DNA of 39,203 nucleotides from a virus, in the IMG/VR virus record IMGVR_UViG_3300032200_000007, one strand, 5' to 3'. Positions 33,208 through 39,203 of the stretch are shown one piece after another. Within the stretch, counting starts at the first letter, position 1; each line of letters opens with the position of its first letter. A program made the position numbers and the translations under genes. The notes under the pieces are model-generated. The model was given only the letters and a program-made list of their open reading frames with translations. It did not search any database and was not told where the DNA came from.

Positions 33208-35043
33208 TTATTTCGCCGGTGGCGGTGGGGGAGCATTCGCTTCCACCTGCGCCGCAGCGGCTTTTCGCTCTTCAATTCTTTGTAAAACCTGTTCCGCGTT
33301 CGGCCACTCAAGCGTGTCGAGCAATTCTTTATCGTCTATCGCCTGTGCGTCGAACAGCCTGAAAGCTATATTCGCCCGCGTAGTTTTCGCCCATGGCATT
33401 GCGGTACCGGCAAGCACTTTGACGTCCATCATGCCTTTGGTAGGTCCGACGGTGGTATACGCCACTTCAGGAATGTACTGCTGCCGCTCTGGATCGAAAA
33501 CGAAATTCTTCTGGTTGAAAATGTACTTTCCCTCTTCCGGCTCCTCAATGAAAAATTCCCGGTATTGTGGAAACCCCTGGGCGTCATTGGTTATTCTGAC
33601 AACACGAGGAGTCCGGTAGAATTGCAGCATCAGGGCAACAACCTGATTCCCTAATTGCTGTAATGACACCTGTAAATTACGCTCTTTCGACCGTATACGT
33701 GTCTGCGCGGCCTCCTGAAGATTCTCAATTGCCGATGCCGCAGTCACGCCGGTAGGCTTCCTGCCCTGCGATATTTCAGATATCCCACTAATAGATTCAG
33801 ATTGCGTAATAAGCGTGTGGTACAAATCAAGAATTCCGCTTTGCACAGACGGCGGAAAGTCCCGTTTTATGGGGTCAACACTATTTGGATTGACTTCATA
33901 AACGGCAGACACGGAATTAGTAATTGTCTCGACATTCACGCCGGAATCTTTTTTCACAATCCATACCGGATTGCTCATCAACTGGAAAACATCGAACATA
34001 TGCTTCAGCGTCTTGTTTATCAATCGCTGCGTATGCATCAGGCTTTTTGCCTCTCCCTCTCCCCAGAATTCGCCCGGAAGTATCATGTCTACGATCCTGA
34101 CATACGGCTTTTTCCCGTGCATATACGGATTTTCAACCGATTGCAGAAGAAGGTTTTGATTCGGGAGTATTGTGATAAGCTTGCCGCGTGGGAACCTTTT
34201 CTTGACAACCTTTTCAGGCTCGCCGTTTTCCGTTTCACGCATTTCCTCTACTACAGACTCGTCGTCAATCCAGCATTCTGCGACATCGACCATTTTACGG
34301 GTGTCAACAGATTCGTTGACCACGTTTTCCTTCGGGGAATACTGGTCTGTCGGAGAAACAATTTTCAGCTCTTCACCTTTAGAAAACCTGTCGGAACTTC
34401 CCGTGTCTGAATCAGCCTTGATCTTGTCCGCCATGTCGGGGAACAGCCTGCGCATCTCGCCGATTTGTTTCCGTGATTTCTGAATCACCCACCCGCAGCA
34501 TTTATTGAAATCCTTTGACCCTTTCGGGACGTAAATGTCGCCTGGGTCAACAGACTCTACAGCGACATCGCCAATTCCATCCTCCGCTGTCGGGTCCCAC
34601 ACCACCTTCAGCACTCCGGCATCAAAAAGCATACTGCAAAATATTGCCTCGATCAGCGTGTGGTCCATTGACGTGTTGTCCCACCAAACCTCAATCATTT
34701 CTCCGATGTTCTTTGCAAAAAGAAAATCTGACGGCTCTCTTGCCATTGCGCCGAAGCCGGGGCGCTGGTCGGTAAGAATCGGAATCGTAGCCTGGATCAT
34801 TTGACGAATAATATTCATGACAGGCTTCGACTTCGTGGTATCTGATTTCCACTGCTTGCCTTGGTAATATTCCTTCCGTGTTTTCCAGTCCTCATCAAAC
34901 TCTGCGCGGTACTGTTTCCCCTGCTCGATCAGCGACAGCACGAGGCGGACATCTTTCGCCGCCTCGTCATCCTGCTGCGCGACATTCGACGACGGTCCCG
35001 CCACCACGGAGTTAGGATCGACCATTTTCGACATTTCAGCCAT
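33208..35043 (-). CDS. Portal protein
   Basis: 611 aa, downstream of the terminase genes and upstream of scaffold/capsid. Confidence 0.75.
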   Translation of the reverse strand: MAEMSKMVDPNSVVAGPSSNVAQQDDEAAKDVRLVLSLIEQGKQYRAEFDEDWKTRKEYYQGKQWKSDTTKSKPVMNIIRQMIQATIPILTDQRPGFGAMAREPSDFLFAKNIGEMIEVWWDNTSMDHTLIEAIFCSMLFDAGVLKVVWDPTAEDGIGDVAVESVDPGDIYVPKGSKDFNKCCGWVIQKSRKQIGEMRRLFPDMADKIKADSDTGSSDRFSKGEELKIVSPTDQYSPKENVVNESVDTRKMVDVAECWIDDESVVEEMRETENGEPEKVVKKRFPRGKLITILPNQNLLLQSVENPYMHGKKPYVRIVDMILPGEFWGEGEAKSLMHTQRLINKTLKHMFDVFQLMSNPVWIVKKDSGVNVETITNSVSAVYEVNPNSVDPIKRDFPPSVQSGILDLYHTLITQSESISGISEISQGRKPTGVTAASAIENLQEAAQTRIRSKERNLQVSLQQLGNQVVALMLQFYRTPRVVRITNDAQGFPQYREFFIEEPEEGKYIFNQKNFVFDPERQQYIPEVAYTTVGPTKGMMDVKVLAGTAMPWAKTTRANIAFRLFDAQAIDDKELLDTLEWPNAEQVLQRIEERKAAAAQVEANAPPPPPAK

Positions 35044-35329
35044 TTAACCGGCTCATTTCCATCTCGGAATTTTGTGAGATATGCTGCATAATCTCCGCTG
35101 TCGCGCCTTCATACCGGTCGCGTCGCGCCTCCGGCTCAGGCTGCTGGTCCCCGACTTCGACCGCTCCGGCCGGCGGCCGAGTTATCCCATTCGCGCGGAT
35201 TGCAGACGGCGTAAACACCCGGACGGTTTCAGCCCCGCACTTACAACGCGGCGGCTTCAAATCTTCGTGCGAATGGAAATAATAATCATCGCTGGTGCCG
35301 CATTTCAGGCATTTAAATTCGTAAATCAC
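35036..35329 (-). CDS. FmdB-type zinc-ribbon protein (97 aa)
   Basis: GTG 35329 follows GGGGAGGGG and forms a GTGA overlap with the peptidase stop. VIYEFKCLKCG...PPRCKCG matches the CxxC-CxxC FmdB pattern. Confidence 0.55.
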   Translation of the reverse strand: MIYEFKCLKCGTSDDYYFHSHEDLKPPRCKCGAETVRVFTPSAIRANGITRPPAGAVEVGDQQPEPEARRDRYEGATAEIMQHISQNSEMEMSRLNG

Positions 35330-35640
35330 CGCCGCCCCTCCCCGAAAGAATAATGATTTCCGTCCGGACGTTTGAAGTCCCCGCCCCATGTACAAAGATC
35401 ATCCAGTGATTTCCAGTAATCGCCGAACTGCTGATGATCTTCTGTTTTCCTCAAGTAAACGCCGTTTTTGAACAGGTTAATATCAGCAGCAAGGCCGCGG
35501 TAATGAAAAGAACCGGGCTTATGACCTGTGGACGCAGTTACGTCTCCGAGCGTTGCCTCGAATCCACGGTAAAACATTTCCGTGATCAGCTTGCAAAGCA
35601 ACAGCGTAAAAACCGAACGCTTTTCCCGCAGTGTCACCAC
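35326..35640 (-). CDS. Peptidase M15 (VanY / L-Ala-D-Glu peptidase-like); probable endolysin
   Basis: GSFHYRGLAADI...WGGDF..PDGNHYS gives the H-x-D ... H zinc-ligand pattern of M15 cell-wall peptidases. Confidence 0.7.
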   Translation of the reverse strand: MVTLREKRSVFTLLLCKLITEMFYRGFEATLGDVTASTGHKPGSFHYRGLAADINLFKNGVYLRKTEDHQQFGDYWKSLDDLCTWGGDFKRPDGNHYSFGEGRR

Positions 35641-36935
35641 TCCTCCTCGTCAGCCTTGACCGTCGCATACCGTCCCGACAACAGCTCCTGAAGGTGCGTC
35701 TTGTTGGGAACAAACGGCTTAAAACCTTCCTCTCGAACATGGATGGTCTCAACCGTCAAATACCTATTTGCATCCATCAGGTGATTGTTTATGTCGAGCG
35801 GCTTCGCGGTCCCCGGCTTGTCCATATCGAAATCTTTGTACTGGTAGGACTCGTATTCATACTCCGTTTCAGGACACCTGCCGCGAAACACCTGATATAC
35901 TTTACTTCTGATAAGGGCCAGGTGCTGTGCTATTCCGAACTCAAGGTTTTTATCCTCGACGCCTTTAACTCGAATGCCGCCTTTCTGAAACATTGAAATC
36001 ATTCCAGGGTCGGCGCTGTCGGCGAAAAACATTTCAACGCCGTATTGACTCTGGTACTGCTTCGCAATACTCAACTGCTCATCAGGGGTATGTCCGGACC
36101 GTTTGTATTCGGCAATCTGGTAGTCATGCTGACCGTCCCTCGATATTGCCCTGACAACAATTCCGAACGGGTCGGTATACCCCCAGTCAAGACCGCCGAA
36201 AACTCTATAGAACCTCTGCTCGACTCTGAACGGGTCAACGTAGTTGGCGTAATCAAAATCCTGGTATACCAAACCGGCCATGCGTTCGAACTGCCCCTCG
36301 TAACGCATTGCGAACATGCGCGGATCGAGCAGCCTTTTCTGGCGCTCGTATTCCTCTTTCGGAAAATGCGGATTATCAATTGAACGAAATTGAATAATGT
36401 CAACATCGGCGCGTTCCCCCGCTCTCCATGGTTCGTACAAATCACGAAACAGGTAATTGTTAAGCACATACGGAGTAGTAGAAATAAAAATAGGTGCCTG
36501 CTTCGTCGATGCGCGGCCCATGAGATTTATAAATGCCTGCGTGCTGATCAAGCCGCCCTCGTCAATCCATATAGCCCTCGTGTTCGTGATCCCCTCTGCG
36601 CTCCAATCGTTGTCCATCGACCTGAAATACACCCGCGGCCCATGTTTACAAGTAAAGATATATTCAGACTTGTTCAAATCCCCGAGGTCTTTGTGAAGCC
36701 GCATAAACGCGGGAAGCGTTGACGAGTTATAAAGCTTGTACGTTGGGAACGCAACAATAAAAGCGTCGTCTTTCGCCTTGAATCTTGAAATCATCATCCG
36801 CAGCCATATGGACCCGGCAAACGTTTTACCGCTCTGCAATCCGGCGATCATGGCGATTATTCGCTTGTCGCTAAATATTGCCTGCTTCTGGAATTTATGA
36901 AGCGCTATTTTCATTCTTTCTGGCCTTACTGTCAA
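35634..36935 (-). CDS. terL: Terminase large subunit
   Basis: Walker A is IAGLQSGKTFAG and Walker B is AIWIDEGG. The C-terminal nuclease region includes GGLDWGYTDP. 433 aa. Confidence 0.9.
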   Translation of the reverse strand: MTVRPERMKIALHKFQKQAIFSDKRIIAMIAGLQSGKTFAGSIWLRMMISRFKAKDDAFIVAFPTYKLYNSSTLPAFMRLHKDLGDLNKSEYIFTCKHGPRVYFRSMDNDWSAEGITNTRAIWIDEGGLISTQAFINLMGRASTKQAPIFISTTPYVLNNYLFRDLYEPWRAGERADVDIIQFRSIDNPHFPKEEYERQKRLLDPRMFAMRYEGQFERMAGLVYQDFDYANYVDPFRVEQRFYRVFGGLDWGYTDPFGIVVRAISRDGQHDYQIAEYKRSGHTPDEQLSIAKQYQSQYGVEMFFADSADPGMISMFQKGGIRVKGVEDKNLEFGIAQHLALIRSKVYQVFRGRCPETEYEYESYQYKDFDMDKPGTAKPLDINNHLMDANRYLTVETIHVREEGFKPFVPNKTHLQELLSGRYATVKADEEEW

Positions 36936-37296
36936 ACGTCATCAGACTTTTCCCGTCCTCATCGACAATCAAAACCGGCTCGCTTGTCAGATGAACGTCT
37001 TGACGGTCGCTCCATCCCATGTTCTTGAGAACGAATATCGGGCCGGTGGGCGTAGTTCCGTTGACACGTTTTTCGTATCCTTGTTCTATGCGAAGCATTG
37101 CGGCTTTTATTGTGCAAGAGTATTCTTCACGTTTGGCATAATCGTAAATGCTTTGACGATCACAGAAGCCGAGGGCAATAGCTAGTCCGCACATTGTTTT
37201 AATCGGTTCCTCTTCATCTGCGAAATACTTGTCTATTTCGACCTGCATTTCTTCAGGCGATTTAAATTTTGCCGGATGTCCTGGATGGTCAGCCAT
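36895..37296 (-). CDS. terS: Terminase small subunit
   Basis: GHPAKFKSPEEMQVEIDKYF...TMCGLAIALGF..RQSIYDY...IFVLKNMGWSD is the typical TerS pattern. Confidence 0.85.
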   Translation of the reverse strand: MADHPGHPAKFKSPEEMQVEIDKYFADEEEPIKTMCGLAIALGFCDRQSIYDYAKREEYSCTIKAAMLRIEQGYEKRVNGTTPTGPIFVLKNMGWSDRQDVHLTSEPVLIVDEDGKSLMTFDSKARKNENSAS

Positions 37297-37297
37297 A

Positions 37298-37537
37298 CTA
37301 CCACACGTCCTCGTATTTAGGTTGTGAATTCTGATCTTCGATTTTTTTTAATATCCTTGACTCATGATCATCGGTGATATAGTGAGCGGATAATTTTTTA
37401 CCTGGATTACTATTCTCTGTTTTTTGTTGAGCAGGTTTTTCTGTTTTTTTTGATACTAGGTATCCGGTGATCAGTCCTGATAGATACCCTACAGCGGCAC
37501 AGATAACTACACCGGTAGAAATTATTAAATGCTCCAT
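37298..37537 (-). CDS. Small membrane protein (79 aa), first gene of the late arm
   Basis: Met38 of track ORF 37298..37648. Product starts MEHLIISTGVVICAAVGYLSGLITGYLV... The upstream 37 codons are made of the TGTCGCATT repeats. Confidence 0.45.
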   Translation of the reverse strand: MEHLIISTGVVICAAVGYLSGLITGYLVSKKTEKPAQQKTENSNPGKKLSAHYITDDHESRILKKIEDQNSQPKYEDVW

Positions 37538-37544
37538 AATAATA

Positions 37545-37573
37545 ACAATAACAGAAATGCGACAAAAAGTCAA
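37545..37573 (-). promoter_or_regulatory. Sigma70-type promoter TTGACT-N17-TATTGT for the late arm
   Basis: On the - strand: -35 at 37573..37568 and -10 at 37550..37545. The ATG 37537 follows 7 nt after the -10. Confidence 0.45.
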
Positions 37574-37617
37574 TAGGTAATCGCAATAATGCGACAACAG
37601 ATTGCAGGAATGCGACA
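37556..37617 (-). repeat. Three direct repeats TGTCGCATT (AATGCGACA on +); operator-like
   Basis: Read directly: 37556..37564, 37588..37596 and 37609..37617. One copy lies in the promoter spacer. Confidence 0.75.
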
Positions 37618-37830
37618 GACAAAAGCGGTGTATTCTAGTTGACAACACTTCTTAAAATTAAGAAACTGTGTTTTTAATATAAATTAACCTGTTTATTATA
37701 AAAACCGTATTCTATGTCTTGATTTTTATACCGGTCATGATTATTATTACTGATACAGTATTGATACTAGCCATAACGAATTTTTTTTAAAATTTGTTTC
37801 ACGTGAAACCTTCAAAAAATAAATCAATTC

Positions 37831-38015
37831 GTGGCCACCGGCCGCAGACTGCGGGACGCGGGGAGGGGTCAATCGTTGTGTCTGTGCGCCTCCCCAGGTC
37901 AGTTGCGGCACTGTATCAACTACTCGGACCCGAGGCGATCCGCCAAATATTGCTACACCACTACCGCAAACTGGTAACACTGTAGTCAATCGTCTACAAT
38001 TGGGGTCTACAGACC
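37831..38015. other. GC-rich structured island in the AT-rich divergent control region
   Basis: Stems: 37842..37854 (ccgcagactgcgg); 37860..37866 with 37889..37895 (ggggagg/cctcccc); 37900..37908 with 37964..37973 (cagttgcgg/ccgcaaactg). GTCAATCGT occurs twice. Confidence 0.25.
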
Positions 38016-38164
38016 ACAAAAAACCTGTTTCTATAACAAGCTTATTTTTATACTACTTACGGCGGCGGTTTATCAGAAATCAATTTTCTGTGGTGAAACG
38101 GCTACAAAAAACCGGTTTTTGCATGGAAATGGTGGCTTAAATAGTGGTATTTCGCCTGTTTTTT

Positions 38165-38179
38165 TGGCACAGAGGTTGC
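38165..38179 (+). promoter_or_regulatory. Sigma54-type -24/-12 element TGGCAC-N5-TTGC
   Basis: Read directly: tTGGCACagaggTTGCt, 48 nt upstream of the first early ATG (38227). Confidence 0.4.
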
Positions 38180-38226
38180 TTTTTTAATTAATCGTCAGAT
38201 CAACCACCACTAACCGAGGAGGATGT

Positions 38227-38520
38227 ATGGATCTCGAGAAACGCAATGCACTCGCGACAGCAAAAACAGCGATTGAGGATTTGGCGAAATCGCTCAAAAT
38301 TGCCATTCAGTACCATAGACTCGACGGGTTCGCCGGTGCCTGTTACAACGACAACAGCGTGCACGAACTGGTGAGCGCGGTTCGCCAAAAATCCGCTGAC
38401 CATATCGATTGTGAGGAATGGAAAATTTCTCCGATCGAATGGCGTTGCGCCATTCGATCAGCCCTTGAAAACAGGCTCTACACAGACCTATGCGAAATCG
38501 AGAAAATCCGGAACAGCTGA
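38227..38520 (+). CDS. Early hypothetical protein (97 aa)
   Basis: ORF track; GAGGAGGA RBS. Confidence 0.6.
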   Translation: MDLEKRNALATAKTAIEDLAKSLKIAIQYHRLDGFAGACYNDNSVHELVSAVRQKSADHIDCEEWKISPIEWRCAIRSALENRLYTDLCEIEKIRNS

Positions 38521-38614
38521 ATAAACCACCACCAAAAAGGAGCTTGGTGGTGAGGGTAACGGACGGGGGCGGGACTCCTCCGCCCTCTCCCCCGGAAAAT
38601 AACGAGAGGAATTT

Positions 38615-38746
38615 ATGACGGACGCTCTTAATAAAATCAGCCGGGCAATAGGGCACCTCGAAACACTCGAACATGAAATCCGGGAATCAATCGCCGCGAT
38701 TGAAACGATCACCGGACCCTCAACACCGGAGGAAGAACATGATTAA
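38615..38746 (+). CDS. Small early protein (43 aa)
   Basis: Hand translation: MTDALNKISRAIGHLETLEHEIRESIAAIETITGPSTPEEEHD. GAGAGG lies upstream. Confidence 0.4.
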   Translation: MTDALNKISRAIGHLETLEHEIRESIAAIETITGPSTPEEEHD

Positions 38747-39050
38747 AACAACTGTCGGGCCGGAATCTTTTTGCAGGGGGAAAAATTTACAGGTTGCGGT
38801 CGCCACCCTTCAGACACACCGGCAGCTGGTATATTCGGTGCTTGTATGTTCTGGATGGGATTATAGAATTAACGAAACGAACGCCGGAATATGGGAATCA
38901 ATTATCAATCTTGCCAAACAGGAAACAATGAACTCCGCGTATCTAATTGTTGAGGCGGAAACATCAATTCAACTTCCAGTCCTCCGGCACACGATAACGA
39001 TCAATGGCTATTTAATCGGCGGAAGCGCCTGCATTGAGGAAGTTGTCTGA
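38739..39050 (+). CDS. Early hypothetical protein (103 aa)
   Basis: Met23 of track ORF 38673..39050, behind GGAGGAAG. Confidence 0.55.
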   Translation: MIKTTVGPESFCRGKNLQVAVATLQTHRQLVYSVLVCSGWDYRINETNAGIWESIINLAKQETMNSAYLIVEAETSIQLPVLRHTITINGYLIGGSACIEEVV

Positions 39051-39203
39051 TGTTTTTTTTAAATCCAAGAAAAAAAATCCTGCAGTCCGGGCCGGGAGGA
39101 GTTTACCCGGTTAACGACGGCGATCCGCGTAACGATGTTCCGGAAATTGACAATGAAGATTTTGTCGAAAACGAAGAAGATTTTTTAGCCGGCTACGGCT
39201 ATG
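39050..39203 (+). CDS. Small acidic protein whose ORF crosses the circular junction (56 aa once 39203 is joined to 142; stop at 156..158)
   Basis: ATG 39050 overlaps the TGA of the upstream gene (TGATG). The frame stays open through the repeat. Product: MFFLNPRKKILQSGPGGVYPVNDGDPRNDVPEIDNEDFVENEEDFLAGYGYERIEK. Confidence 0.45.
   Translation, partial: MFFLNPRKKILQSGPGGVYPVNDGDPRNDVPEIDNEDFVENEEDFLAGYGY
39063..39203. repeat. Terminal overlap, copy B (identical to 1..141)
   Basis: Read directly; the same 141 nt as the window start. Confidence 0.97.

Noticed and set aside
30765-34410. Long + strand ORFs (215, 231, 259 and 202 aa) opposite the capsid, scaffold and portal genes
   Set aside because: They are antisense shadows of well-supported structural genes. 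Their sequences are Arg/Leu/Cys-rich with no start context.
2345-35636. Genome-wide TGA reassignment (code 4 or 25) as an explanation for the TGA at 4169
   Set aside because: TGA clearly terminates many genes. Examples are 2345..2347, 4093..4095, 4358..4360, 15498..15500 and the terL stop at 35634..35636. Many of these sit in ATGA/GTGA overlaps with the next start. The standard code fits the whole genome.
37538-37648. Long form of the first late ORF starting at 37648 (116 aa)
   Set aside because: The extra 37 codons are generated by the TGTCGCATT repeats and promoter-like sequence, giving Cys/His/Leu-rich nonsense-like text. The ATG at 37537 begins a clean membrane segment.
37686-38030. 9-bp direct repeat AACCTGTTT (37686..37694 and 38022..38030) flanking the GC-rich island, as a target-site duplication
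   Set aside because: A single 9-mer match within a ~600-bp region is roughly expected by chance. No terminal inverted repeats or transposase are present.

Overview
The window is a complete, circularly closed dsDNA phage genome. Bases 1..141 recur exactly at 39063..39203, so the unique length is 39,062 bp. There are two converging transcription arms.

Rightward (+) early/middle arm: it starts in the control region near 38165..38227, crosses the junction and ends at the terminator 16476..16505. It carries small early ORFs and a replication initiator with an internal iteron-like array. Next come a Prim-Pol/helicase, an exonuclease plus putative annealing protein, ASCH-like and VRR-NUC-like genes, and a block of small Cys-rich ORFs separated by a repeated ~60-nt element. 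It ends with an AT-rich six-gene nonulosonic-acid sugar-nucleotide cassette.

Leftward (-) late arm, 37537 down to 16505: TerS, TerL, M15 peptidase, zinc-ribbon protein, portal, scaffold, major capsid and a decoration-like protein. A ~6-kb accessory insert follows, with a Maf/DUF115-like glycosyltransferase, a 1,025-aa signal-peptide protein and holin/spanin-like genes. The arm then continues in T7-like order: adaptor, nozzle, internal proteins, tail fibre.

I see no tRNA, rRNA, CRISPR array, integrase, DNA polymerase or RNA polymerase.

The most interesting reading is a split glycosylation system. The sugar cassette (12127..16420) would make a CMP-activated pseudaminic/legionaminic-type sugar. 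The Maf-like transferase (29079..30128) sits in the virion operon next to Ser/Thr-rich capsid-associated proteins, which suggests nonulosonic-acid glycosylation of virion or host surface proteins.

All functional calls come from motif recognition by eye. No database search was run.
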